Notes: a model not told the origin generated them from the letters alone. A stretch of DNA of 47,660 nucleotides from an uncultured Candidatus Saccharibacteria bacterium (GCA_964446245.1 CAYUNI010000003.1:1-47660), one strand, 5' to 3'; counted from the stretch's first letter, positions 34,790 through 43,718 are shown. Numbers and translations are program-made.

Positions 34790-35263
34790 TTAGAAGTTGA
34801 GAAACCAAAGTTGATAATTTAAATAAGAAGCAAAAGATACCCATGCAAAATATGGCCAGAGCAAAATAGACGCCCAGCGATTAACTTTCCAAAAAGAGAT
34901 AGCGGTCGCAAGAATAAATATCAGAAGAAAAATGATTTCAACAAAAGCTAGCCCCGGATTTTGGAAACCGAAAAAAATAATTGACCACAATGTATTTAAA
35001 ACAAGTTGAATGGTAAAAAATATGAGTGCTCGTTTTTTGAGGCCGCCTTCAGCTGTTTTTGTCCAAACAAGACCGAGCGCGATACCCATCATCAAAAAAA
35101 GTATTGTCCAGACAGGCATAAAAACCCAATTTTCTGGCGCCAGCTCTGGTTTCAAAAGATTGTTATACCAAGAATTGATATTCGGGCTGGTAAATAACGC
35201 CCCGATAAATCCGGCGAGCTGAGGAATGACTAAAGCGACAACAAAAATTAATATTTTTTTCAT
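34790..35263 (-). CDS. tspO: TspO/MBR family tryptophan-rich sensory protein
   Basis: 157 aa, 5 TM. WYNNLLKPELAPENWVFMPVWTILFLMMG matches the TspO signature. Confidence 0.85.
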   Translation of the reverse strand: MKKILIFVVALVIPQLAGFIGALFTSPNINSWYNNLLKPELAPENWVFMPVWTILFLMMGIALGLVWTKTAEGGLKKRALIFFTIQLVLNTLWSIIFFGFQNPGLAFVEIIFLLIFILATAISFWKVNRWASILLWPYFAWVSFASYLNYQLWFLNF

Positions 35264-35267
35264 TAGA

Positions 35268-35990
35268 TTATAAATTAGCGGCTAATTTGATAGCAAAATA
35301 TAAAACAATTATACCTAATATGGTGACAATGGTCGTCCATGTTGTTGGATGTTCATGGTGACTTTCTGGCAACAAGTCACTGGCTCCAATGTACAAAAAG
35401 AAGCCAGCAAAAAGGGCTAAGATTATCGCTAAACTTTTTTCTGGCAAGCTAAAAAACAATGTAGAAAAAATTCCTAAAACGGGCGCGGTAGCATCAATCA
35501 AGAGCCAGCGAAAAGCTTGTGTGTGGTTACCCTGATTTTTAAAAATCATATTAACGGTGTTAATCCCGTCAGAAAAATCATGGACCAAGACAGCAACAGC
35601 GACGATCACTCCAACAGAAACAGACACCTGAAAAGCTAGCCCGACAGCTATTCCGTCAATAAAGCTATGGATAGAAAGACTTCCCGCACCTAAAAGCCCT
35701 CGAGGTTTAATTACTTGATGATGGCCTTCGGAATGGCTATGGAAGAGAACTGCTCGGTCTAAGATTAAATAAAAAATGAAGCCGATAGCCACGAGTGTTG
35801 TCAGCGAAGAAACGGGGAAATATTGCCCACCAAGCTCTATCGCCTCAGGAATTAAATCAAAAAAAGCCACGCCAATTATTGCTCCAGCGCTAAAACCAAG
35901 TATCAGATGTAAACGATCTTTAAATTTTAAAGCGAAAAGTCCTCCCAATAAGGTAGAACAAAAGGTTGCCAACGCAATCCAAACAATCAT
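35268..35990 (-). CDS. ZIP family metal (zinc) transporter
   Basis: 240 aa, multi-TM. His-rich loop (HSHSEGHH) and ZIP motifs IHSFIDGIAVG and VHDFSDGI. Confidence 0.85.
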   Translation of the reverse strand: MIVWIALATFCSTLLGGLFALKFKDRLHLILGFSAGAIIGVAFFDLIPEAIELGGQYFPVSSLTTLVAIGFIFYLILDRAVLFHSHSEGHHQVIKPRGLLGAGSLSIHSFIDGIAVGLAFQVSVSVGVIVAVAVLVHDFSDGINTVNMIFKNQGNHTQAFRWLLIDATAPVLGIFSTLFFSLPEKSLAIILALFAGFFLYIGASDLLPESHHEHPTTWTTIVTILGIIVLYFAIKLAANL

Positions 35991-35999
35991 ATTGTTTTA

Positions 36000-36008
36000 A
36001 TTATATCA
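36000..36008 (-). promoter_or_regulatory. Extended -10 box for the ZIP transporter gene (leaderless type)
   Basis: Minus strand reads TGATATAAT, then 9 nt, then the ATG (35990). Confidence 0.4.
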
Positions 36009-36013
36009 TCCAA

Positions 36014-37255
36014 TTAAGCATTTTGACCAGCAACATACCCTGTCGTCCAACATAGTTGGAGAGAAAAACCACCAGAAGGACGGTTGATATTTAACAAGTC
36101 GCCGGTAATAAAAAGATTAGAGACTATCTTTGAACGCATAGTTCTAGTATCTAATTCTTTTAAATCCAAGCCTCCATCAGAAACAATCGCCCGATCATAG
36201 CCCATCAAACCAGAAATTGTCATTGGTATATTTTTAAATAATTGGCCAATTCGTTTTCGATCGTCTCGGCTAATTTCATTGACCTTTTGATTGAGGTCGA
36301 GTTCAGAAAGTAAAACAATAATTCCCGGCCCCATACCTTCGGGAGAAATTTCTTTTACCACATTTTTAAGAGTTTTATTTTTATTAGCATTAAAAATTTT
36401 CAATATTTGTCGATCTAAAGACCCGAGATCAGTCTCAGGGAAAGCATCAATTTTGGCAGTCACTTGACCCTGCTCCAAAAAAGGTTTGATTTTAGCCGAG
36501 CTATTCATCACCAGTGGCCCCGATAAACCAAAATGAGTAAATAAAATCTTGCCGGTCTTAGAAAATAACCTCTTTCCTTCAAGAAAGAAGCTTATTTTCA
36601 TAAAAGACAACGATACTCCTGCTAGATTTTTAACCCAATTTTCTTCTACGGCCAGCGGGACAAGGTCTGGTGTCGGTGACGTGATTTTATGACCAAGAAA
36701 TTCTAGCCACTTAAAACCATCTCCAGTTGAACCTGTTTCAGGGTGTGATACACCACCAGTGGCCAAAATAAAACTTTTAGCTATATATTCTGCCCGCCCA
36801 CATTTAACAGAAATAATCTTTCCCTTTTCGGTAATTATTTTTTCTACTTTAGTATTGGTCTTTATGGTCACCCCATTTTGTCTTAAAAATTGCTCTAGAG
36901 CGAGACAAACATCCGACGCCTTCTGACTTTGAGGAAAAGCCCGCAAACGAGCCTCGATTACCAAAGGAAGCTTTAATTTTTCAAAAAAAGAGAAGGTGTC
37001 TTTAACTCCAAATTGAGAAAAAGCAGAAAACAAAAAATCTTGTTTTTCACCATAATGTTTGAGAAAAAGACGTTGATCATATTCGGCATTGGTAATATTG
37101 CATCGTCCTCCTCCAGTGATTTTTAATTTCTCGCCTAGATTTTTATTTTTTTCTAACAATAAAACTTTCTGTCCGCGCTGGCCAGCAATCCCCGCCGCCA
37201 TCATACCCGAAGCACCTCCGCCAATTACGATTACATCATACATGCTATTTATCAA
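36014..37255 (-). CDS. NAD(P)/FAD-dependent oxidoreductase, HI0933/BaiN-like family
   Basis: 413 aa. DVIVIGGGASGMMAAG dinucleotide fold, GGGRCNITN, and C-terminal GGFSLQLCWTTG. Confidence 0.85.
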   Translation of the reverse strand: MINSMYDVIVIGGGASGMMAAGIAGQRGQKVLLLEKNKNLGEKLKITGGGRCNITNAEYDQRLFLKHYGEKQDFLFSAFSQFGVKDTFSFFEKLKLPLVIEARLRAFPQSQKASDVCLALEQFLRQNGVTIKTNTKVEKIITEKGKIISVKCGRAEYIAKSFILATGGVSHPETGSTGDGFKWLEFLGHKITSPTPDLVPLAVEENWVKNLAGVSLSFMKISFFLEGKRLFSKTGKILFTHFGLSGPLVMNSSAKIKPFLEQGQVTAKIDAFPETDLGSLDRQILKIFNANKNKTLKNVVKEISPEGMGPGIIVLLSELDLNQKVNEISRDDRKRIGQLFKNIPMTISGLMGYDRAIVSDGGLDLKELDTRTMRSKIVSNLFITGDLLNINRPSGGFSLQLCWTTGYVAGQNA

Positions 37256-38129
37256 ATATTTTTACCAAATAATTATTTATCTCCCTTTGGCTAGTATAAT
37301 AAAATGTCTTATTTTCATTATGCAGACGAGTGGCCAATTCTACTCCGACAAATCTCCAATGCCACGGTTCAAATTGATAATAAGTATTTTGTAAGGGGTA
37401 GGACAAAATAAATCCATATTTATAAGCATTGGCCAGCAACCATTCATAGGCTGGGCTTTTGGCAAATTTAGTAAATCCCGAACCAAGATTAAGGGTAGTA
37501 AAATCTAAAGCCGAACCAAGCTGGTGCTCTGAATAGCCCTGATCCGCCGAAAACTTATTAGCCCCAGAACCATAAGTCATTTTATAATTAGTTTTTAAGG
37601 TCGCCTGAGTCCCAAAAGAACGATAAGCAGAAATAATCAAAATCGGGACATTTTCTTTCTCGGCAGCTAAAAGTAGCTTCTCTAAAAATGGCAAAATATC
37701 AGTATGGATTTGTTCTACTTTATTTTTATTAAATAAATATTTCTGATCAATCTCTGATAAGCGAGCAGGAATATAATTTTCATTTAAAAAATAAATTTTG
37801 GAGTATTTTTGTAAAAGCTCTTTATCAGTTTGACTAAGCTTGGTAAGAGTCCCCACATTATCAGCAATCTGTCTTACTTGCTCAGCTAAAGTCTCGCCTT
37901 TTTCTCGTTCGATTGTTAAATTTCCAAGCAAGTTAAAATTTTCATTTTTTAATTGCTGGAGATTGTTTTTAGTAAAATTTAAATCAGCCTCTACTTTTCC
38001 GAGTTTCTTTTTTAATTCTAAATTCTCTTGCCAAGTAATACCGCCCCAACTCAATAAGCCCAAAACTAAAAATAAAGCCACGGCTTGTGGCATCTCAGTC
38101 TCTCTCTGAAGCCAGTCTTTTAATTTCAT
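37245..38129 (-). CDS. D-alanyl-D-alanine carboxypeptidase, VanY/M15B family, with N-terminal anchor and coiled coil
   Basis: 294 aa. SAYRSF, SEHQLGSALDF and EPWHWRF zinc-peptidase motifs. Confidence 0.85.
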   Translation of the reverse strand: MKLKDWLQRETEMPQAVALFLVLGLLSWGGITWQENLELKKKLGKVEADLNFTKNNLQQLKNENFNLLGNLTIEREKGETLAEQVRQIADNVGTLTKLSQTDKELLQKYSKIYFLNENYIPARLSEIDQKYLFNKNKVEQIHTDILPFLEKLLLAAEKENVPILIISAYRSFGTQATLKTNYKMTYGSGANKFSADQGYSEHQLGSALDFTTLNLGSGFTKFAKSPAYEWLLANAYKYGFILSYPLQNTYYQFEPWHWRFVGVELATRLHNENKTFYYTSQREINNYLVKIFDK

Positions 38130-38224
38130 ACTCAGTAGCTTAATTTTAGCACAAAATTAATTTCTAAAAAACACATCAAAAAAGCTCCCCACAGACAAAA
38201 GGGATGTCAAAAAGTTTGAACAAA

Positions 38225-38359
38225 CTAACTACGCTTTCGCTTGCGATCTCGCTTAACCCTCAAAGCATCGAGAGTCGCCTTTTTAATCGCCAAACGCTTT
38301 TTTGTCTTACGGGAGCGAGAGGTTTTGTTTTTAATATCCTGACTTAATCTTTTTGCCAT
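38225..38359 (-). CDS. Small highly basic protein (44 aa), below the ORF-track cutoff
   Basis: MAKRLSQDIKNKTSRSRKTKKRLAIKKATLDALRVKRDRKRKRS. It has its own promoter (TTGATT-17-TAAAAT at 38369-38397), 9 nt upstream of the ATG. Confidence 0.35.
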   Translation of the reverse strand: MAKRLSQDIKNKTSRSRKTKKRLAIKKATLDALRVKRDRKRKRS

Positions 38360-38368
38360 ATGTCCTTA

Positions 38369-38397
38369 ATTTTAGCATAAATTTTATCAGAAATCAA
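38369..38397 (-). promoter_or_regulatory. Promoter of the 44-aa basic ORF
   Basis: Minus strand reads TTGATT, 17 nt, TAAAAT, then 9 nt to the ATG (38359). Confidence 0.4.
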
Positions 38398-38424
38398 AAA
38401 CCCTTCTTGAGAAGGGTTTTTGAT
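38393..38424. terminator. Intrinsic terminator after the FN3/PG-binding gene
   Basis: atcaaaaacccttc-ttga-gaagggtttttgat, with T-runs on both strands. It lies 9 nt after the stop at 38433. Confidence 0.75.
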
Positions 38425-38432
38425 TTGGTTTT

Positions 38433-39794
38433 TTAATTGCCGGTAGTTTTAATCTTTGCTTGCAATTCTTTGACTTGTTGCAGTAATGTTTGAATTTGCA
38501 AGATCAAGCTCGAGCGAGCATCGTTATTATTTTTGTTTAATTCTGCTCGTGTAGCTGGTCCAATAGAACCCAATGCTCGCAAACCATGAGCTTTTTGATA
38601 AGCTTTGACAGCAGCAACCGTAGCTTTGCCATAATACCCTGTTGCCTTGCCGGTCAAAAAACCCTCAGCGATCAAGCGGTTTTGCAAAGCGGCCACTTCT
38701 TTTCCTCGTGAGCCAAGATTGAGAGGAAGATTAAAGGTTAAAACTAACTTAGGAGCCTTAATCGCAGGAGCGGGTTGATTAGTAAGTGGAGAAGTATTTG
38801 CAAAACCGCTTCCACCGCCAGAACTCGCGCAACTGGCAGTATTAGTAGTGACCGTAGATGACCAGCTTCCCACGACTAAATCAGTATTTCTTGCTTGGAC
38901 TCGGAATTGATAAGTTGTACCGCAAGACAAATTTTCAAAAGCATAGCTTGAAGCAGAAATCCAGCCAGAACTTGTCGCCGTGGTAATATTTTCAACATAA
39001 TACTCGACCCCAGAACCAGCACCAGAAAAAGAAGCGGTAATTTTTGTTGAATTATTGGCGATAACAGAGAGGGTGGGAATATCAGCAGCAGTATAAATAG
39101 CAGTACTTGCTGAAGAGGTGGCGGCATTTATCCCGTCACCGTTTCGAGCAACGACGGAAAATTGATAGCTAGTGTTTGGGGTCAAACTTATGGCTGAACC
39201 AGTCCAATCTGTCGATTTAAAGTAGGAGATGGTATCAGATTCAACCCCGGCAACCGTTAAGTATTTGCTAGTAGTCACATTATAGATTGCGTAGGTGGTA
39301 GAAGCGGTCGGATTACTATTGGCATTAATTGTAATATTAAGAGTAGAAGTTGCTGGAGAATTTACTGTTGGTGCTAAAGCTGGGTTAGCTAGAGTATAAA
39401 ATGGTGACGAAGTGGCAAGAGCAGAAAAAGTTGTTCCATTAGTCCCAGAGAAAACCACTACCCAGTATCTAGTGTTAGGTGCAAGGCCAGTATAATTGAA
39501 AGACAAGGTTGTGGTGGGGGTTATCACTGTGGGATTACTAGCAAAAGTCGCTCCATCAGTTGAAGAAGCAACAGCATAAAAAACTTCTGTTCCCCCTCCC
39601 CATTCCCAACTATAAGTCACGGTACTAGTGCCGATATTACTGGTAGAAGTGCCTGTCGGCGTCAAAGGAGCAGCTTCCGCTATTGTTATTACAAAGAAAA
39701 AAGAAATGAAACAAAGCAGTAAGCAAATATAATTTTTCATAACATGGTATTTATTAATTTTATTTAATTTTTGACAGATATTTATTATCGACAT
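38433..39794 (-). CDS. Secreted protein with FN3-like repeats and a C-terminal peptidoglycan-binding domain
   Basis: 453 aa. Signal peptide (an alternative start is Met19 at 39740). Thr/Ser/Ala-rich repeated beta-sandwich units (YxF/W..RN-type FN3 ends: YQFSVVARN, YQFRVQARN, RYWVVVFS). PG_binding_1 motif GSRGKEVAALQNRL...YGKATVAAVKAYQ. Confidence 0.7.
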   Translation of the reverse strand: MSIINICQKLNKINKYHVMKNYICLLLCFISFFFVITIAEAAPLTPTGTSTSNIGTSTVTYSWEWGGGTEVFYAVASSTDGATFASNPTVITPTTTLSFNYTGLAPNTRYWVVVFSGTNGTTFSALATSSPFYTLANPALAPTVNSPATSTLNITINANSNPTASTTYAIYNVTTSKYLTVAGVESDTISYFKSTDWTGSAISLTPNTSYQFSVVARNGDGINAATSSASTAIYTAADIPTLSVIANNSTKITASFSGAGSGVEYYVENITTATSSGWISASSYAFENLSCGTTYQFRVQARNTDLVVGSWSSTVTTNTASCASSGGGSGFANTSPLTNQPAPAIKAPKLVLTFNLPLNLGSRGKEVAALQNRLIAEGFLTGKATGYYGKATVAAVKAYQKAHGLRALGSIGPATRAELNKNNNDARSSLILQIQTLLQQVKELQAKIKTTGN

Positions 39795-39935
39795 AAGATT
39801 TAATCCCCCGCTGATCCTTGACCGTCCGCAAACTAAAATCCCGCATTCTTATTCTTCATAATAACATAAAATCTCCCCTCAATATCATCTGTGGATAATT
39901 TCAACAATCATTTTAAAATACCTTCAGCAATAATT

Positions 39936-40280
39936 TCATTGACCCATAAAAACAATTCTCAGAATAACAATAACAAAAGTAAGTAAGGCAAAACTGGCTA
40001 CTGTTTTAAAAAAGAAGGAAAACGCTTGCCTCTTTTCACCATTCAAAAAAAGTTGCACTGGTTCACCAAGAAACAAATACCCCATTAACGCTGCCGACAA
40101 GACAAAAACCGATAAAAAAATTGCCGGATCAAGAAATTTGTCTGGCGTATTCGGTCGCCCCCAAAAATAAACAGTAGAGACTAAAATAATAATATAAAAT
40201 TCAGCTAAAAAACCATTAAAATAGGGGTTTTTGAAAAAATTAACCATAAAGATAAAAATTAGAAAAAACTTAATAAACAA
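39936..40280 (-). CDS. Hypothetical membrane protein (4 TM)
   Basis: 114 aa, hydrophobic. Overlaps the upstream ORF by 11 nt. Confidence 0.5.
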   Translation of the reverse strand: MFIKFFLIFIFMVNFFKNPYFNGFLAEFYIIILVSTVYFWGRPNTPDKFLDPAIFLSVFVLSAALMGYLFLGEPVQLFLNGEKRQAFSFFFKTVASFALLTFVIVILRIVFMGQ

Positions 40281-40641
40281 ACCCTATCATAAAGAAACAC
40301 ACTCCAATTAAAAAAATTATTCCTCCCCATACTAGCTGATGCCGTTCAAACATCTGAGCTTTTTTATTGACGCGATCAGGAAAACCAATTTTTTCAATCC
40401 CCTTGGATAGAGTAACCCACCCCAATATCGTAACCGCGACTCGCCAATCAGTCACCCAAATATTGTGCAAGACAACAGTCACCAGGCCTAACAAAAAGGT
40501 AATATACCCTGTAGAAATAGTGACCGCTCGGTCATCAGTATATTTTATAACCCGACCCAAAAATCTTGCGCTAATAGATAGTCCACCCAAAATCATAAAA
40601 AGACTCCCCCAAAATTTTGCCAATAAAATTGAAATCTCCAT
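40270..40641 (-). CDS. Hypothetical membrane protein (4 TM)
   Basis: 123 aa, hydrophobic. Co-oriented and coupled with 39936-40280. Confidence 0.55.
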   Translation of the reverse strand: MEISILLAKFWGSLFMILGGLSISARFLGRVIKYTDDRAVTISTGYITFLLGLVTVVLHNIWVTDWRVAVTILGWVTLSKGIEKIGFPDRVNKKAQMFERHQLVWGGIIFLIGVCFFMIGFVY

Positions 40642-40677
40642 TTGAAATTAATTTTTATCTTTTAACTTTATTTTTAT

Positions 40678-41130
40678 CTAAGTCCTCTTTTCAAGCCTTT
40701 TCCTTAATTCGCCGATAACCGCTTTTTCCCAAAATTTCATAGAGAACCAGCCGATAAGTGGTCGAGCAATGACACGCAACCAGCGCTTATGAATGGCGAC
40801 TTGGTAAGTATAGTCGATTATAGTTCCTTCTGGATGGCTGGAGAGTAATAATTCCTCGTGTCCAGAAGTCCCAAATTTAGGGCTATCATTGTCTGAAATA
40901 TATCCTCTTCCAGAAATAATCTGCGTTTTCATTTTTACGGGAAATTTTTGACCGAATGATTTAACAATTGCCTCCATTTCTAAATAATTTTCTTCGCGTT
41001 TTATAACCTGTATCGATTCCGCAACTCTTGGAAAATATTTAGGAAATTTTTCAAAATCTGTCATCACATTAAACACCTCCGAAACAGGAGCCTTAATCAG
41101 CCACTTGGCATGAAGAGCGATGTCTTTCAT
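40678..41130 (-). CDS. SRPBCC (START/polyketide cyclase-dehydrase-like) family protein
   Basis: 150 aa. N-terminal pattern IKAPVSEVFNVMTDFEKFPKYFP is typical of the family. Confidence 0.7.
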   Translation of the reverse strand: MKDIALHAKWLIKAPVSEVFNVMTDFEKFPKYFPRVAESIQVIKREENYLEMEAIVKSFGQKFPVKMKTQIISGRGYISDNDSPKFGTSGHEELLLSSHPEGTIIDYTYQVAIHKRWLRVIARPLIGWFSMKFWEKAVIGELRKRLEKRT

Positions 41131-41136
41131 ATAATA

Positions 41137-41142
41137 ATTATA
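41137..41142 (-). promoter_or_regulatory. -10 box for the SRPBCC gene (leaderless type)
   Basis: Minus strand reads TATAAT, then 6 nt, then the ATG (41130). Confidence 0.35.
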
Positions 41143-41160
41143 CTAAAAATTCTAACCCTA

Positions 41161-41202
41161 AAAAAGAAAAGACCACCCAAGGGAAGTCTTTTCCCTTGGG
41201 TG
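41161..41202 (-). terminator. Intrinsic terminator (minus strand)
   Basis: cacccaagggaa / ttcccttgggtg 12-bp perfect stem with a 5-nt loop. On the minus strand it is followed by TCTTTTCTTTTT. Confidence 0.75.
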
Positions 41203-41414
41203 AATTCTCCTCTGAAACGCAACACCAGATTTGAAAGTCCCACTAGGGTCACAAAAAAGCATGTAGAAATGCCACATGTTTAAATTATATACCCATTCTA
41301 GACTTGGCCCGCACTGAGCTCTTGTGGTGAGCCAGTCGAACTATGCCGAAGTACTCCCCTCTTAGTAAACAAGTTCAGAACTCTTGGCTGGGAAAGAATT
41401 AAAAATGACCTAAA
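41203..41414 (-). other. ORF-free transcribed spacer between pepE and the terminator (long 3' UTR or ncRNA)
   Basis: About 210 nt with higher GC than the neighbouring sequence. No ORF longer than about 12 codons on either strand. An internal hairpin catgt/acatg plus a T6 run is present. Confidence 0.25.
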
Positions 41415-42017
41415 TCAAATCAATGTTCTTTGGGACTCGGAAATTACCAGAGCTTGATCATTGGTTAATTCTTGAATTGGGTAAGAGACTTTTTTCTTAA
41501 ATTCTTCAACTTCATCCCTATTTTTCTCTTCTTCAAAATGAGGAAATATAGCGGTGTCGGTAAAATTAAATCCTTCCATATCCTCTAATCCTATTTCATT
41601 ATCGTCACCATCGATTCCCCAACCAGCAATCTCTATACTCGGACCAGCAATAATACTGCCAGCAGAGACGCCAAAATAAATTGTTCCTTTAGAAACTTGA
41701 GACTTAATATAATTATCAATTCCCGTATTCCTCATCTTGCTTAAAATAGAAAAAGTGTTGCCTCCACAAACATAGATGACATCAAAATTCTGCAAATCAT
41801 CAACACTAAAAGATTCATTCATATTCAGGACAACAACTTTAAATCCAAGATCTTCTACTTCTTTTCTAGATTCATTTATGTAAAAATTCTCTTCTTTGTT
41901 TTGACCATAAGCGACGACAAGAAGGCTCGTTTCTTTTGGCTCTCTAACTAGCAATTTTAAAAAAGCATTAACAATTTTTTGGTTTGATAAACCGGCCGAA
42001 GTAAGTATTAATTTCAT
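41415..42017 (-). CDS. pepE: Peptidase E (S51 family dipeptidase)
   Basis: 200 aa. VCGGNTFSIL and nucleophile context GVSAGSII. Confidence 0.85.
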   Translation of the reverse strand: MKLILTSAGLSNQKIVNAFLKLLVREPKETSLLVVAYGQNKEENFYINESRKEVEDLGFKVVVLNMNESFSVDDLQNFDVIYVCGGNTFSILSKMRNTGIDNYIKSQVSKGTIYFGVSAGSIIAGPSIEIAGWGIDGDDNEIGLEDMEGFNFTDTAIFPHFEEEKNRDEVEEFKKKVSYPIQELTNDQALVISESQRTLI

Positions 42018-42023
42018 AAATTA

Positions 42024-42032
42024 ACTATATCA
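42024..42032 (-). promoter_or_regulatory. Extended -10 box for pepE (leaderless type)
   Basis: Minus strand reads TGATATAGT, then 6 nt, then the ATG (42017). Confidence 0.4.
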
Positions 42033-42325
42033 AAAGTTCTGTACCCTATCTAGATTGTCTTAAATGGGCCTTGTAAAATATGGATTTAAAAATGCTCGAC
42101 ATTGCACGAGAAATAGGAACCTTTTGGAAAGAGAATAAAGCCCACATTTGGCTACCAAATATCAAGCAGGGTTTCTTTGGAATTACGAGGCCGACTGAGG
42201 CTGAGATGAGAAAGTATCGTTAATCTTAAATGGTAGAACTAGAATGAAAAAAGAAATTAAATATTTAATCTTTCACAGTATTATTATAGTAATTTTTATG
42301 CTAAAATTACACCATATTAAATTCT

Positions 42326-43717
42326 ATGCCAAAACAGATTATAAATTATCAAGATAAATGGAAGGTACAAAAAGTCAAAATAAAAGATCTTGTTTTGGAT
42401 GTTAAGAATATTAGACTAGGCATTGAGCATAGTTCTCAAGATGAAATAATTAATGACTTATTTATTAATGAGAATGCGATGGATATTTTAGAGAATATCT
42501 ATCAAATTGGTTATTTCCCCGATGAACCACCGGTTGTCATAAAAGAAAATAAAGACCTTGTTGTACTTGAAGGTAACCGTAGAGTTGTATCTTTAAAAGC
42601 AATGTTGAGTCCTGGCATTGCCCCGGCAAAATTTTCTCAGAAAATCAAAAAAATGATGGAAGGACATAGTCCTATCGAAGAGATTAATGTTCACGTTGCG
42701 ACATCCCGTAACGAAGCAATGGAATACTTGGCGGCCAAGCACACAAAAACAACTAGAAAACCTTGGACGGCACTTAGACGAGCTTATTTTTATTATGCGC
42801 AAAAAGAACAAGGGCAGACCGTAGATAAACTCATTGAGAGATATAAAGGAGTAGATATTGCCGGATACATAAAAATGTACGAAATGCATCATGTTGCATC
42901 CTCTCTAAAAAACATAACCGAAGATGTTCGTAAAAAAGTTTTAAATAAGGGAACATTTAATATATCAACTCTGGAGAGATTCTATTCTGACAAGTACATT
43001 CAAGATTCTCTCGGTATCGAATTTGATAAGACGACCGGTGAGTCCAAAGTTCCATCGTCTGATGATTTTGACAAGGTCTATTCTAGGGTTATTACCGACA
43101 TTACATCTGGTATAGCTACATCTCGTAAGGAGTTGTCTAAGGAGTCAGACCGTAAGAAATACATCGATTCAGTGATAAATGAAGTATTGGAAGGTAAAAA
43201 AGTTTCAAAACAAACAAAGAAATCTGCTTTCTCTTTTAAACAGGGTAAGATATCCACGAAGAAACAAAAAGGTCTTATCTCGAAGAATATTGATAATCCA
43301 TTAGATAGTCCAGGTGTTGGTCGTGTATTGTGGGAGTTACAAAATATGGATTATGCAAAGTATCCAAACGCTACCGCTGATCTCCTTCGTACTTTTTTGG
43401 AAATTGTTCTAAAGAAATATCTAGAGGATACTAATTCGTTGCCAAATCCTACTGACAAGAATGGAAAAAAGAAATTTGTAATGTTGAGTCATGTATTGGC
43501 TAAAATAAAAGCGGATCTTCAAAAAGATTCTAATACTAAACTTGTTCAGGTTGTACAGGAAATTGAACAAAATAAATGGTATTTAGATAGCATTAACCAT
43601 AATCCCGATGTTTTTGCTGTCGAAGATAGAGTTAAAGATGCGTGGGATCAAATATATCCACTGGTTAAATTTTTATTTGACGATTATAAAAAGAAAGTGA
43701 CATTAAAGAAAAATTGA
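42326..43717 (+). CDS. ParB/Srx-fold N-terminal domain protein with a large unassigned C-terminal region
   Basis: 463 aa. VKIKDLVLDVKNIRLG...IGYFPDEPPVVIKENKDLVVLEGNRRVVSLKAM follows the ParB N-terminal pattern, including the GxRR box. The remaining roughly 370 aa carry no motif I recognise. The TGA stop is 1 nt before the next ATG. Confidence 0.7.
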   Translation: MPKQIINYQDKWKVQKVKIKDLVLDVKNIRLGIEHSSQDEIINDLFINENAMDILENIYQIGYFPDEPPVVIKENKDLVVLEGNRRVVSLKAMLSPGIAPAKFSQKIKKMMEGHSPIEEINVHVATSRNEAMEYLAAKHTKTTRKPWTALRRAYFYYAQKEQGQTVDKLIERYKGVDIAGYIKMYEMHHVASSLKNITEDVRKKVLNKGTFNISTLERFYSDKYIQDSLGIEFDKTTGESKVPSSDDFDKVYSRVITDITSGIATSRKELSKESDRKKYIDSVINEVLEGKKVSKQTKKSAFSFKQGKISTKKQKGLISKNIDNPLDSPGVGRVLWELQNMDYAKYPNATADLLRTFLEIVLKKYLEDTNSLPNPTDKNGKKKFVMLSHVLAKIKADLQKDSNTKLVQVVQEIEQNKWYLDSINHNPDVFAVEDRVKDAWDQIYPLVKFLFDDYKKKVTLKKN

Positions 43718-43718
43718 T

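Noticed and set aside
41233-41240. GAAAGTCC, identical to the core of the RNase P RNA P4 5' strand.
   Set aside because: It is a single 8-mer, about what chance predicts in 95 kb of two-strand sequence. No matching P4 3' strand (ACAGAA..CCGGCUUA-like) or other conserved RNase P regions are present, and the spacer is too short.
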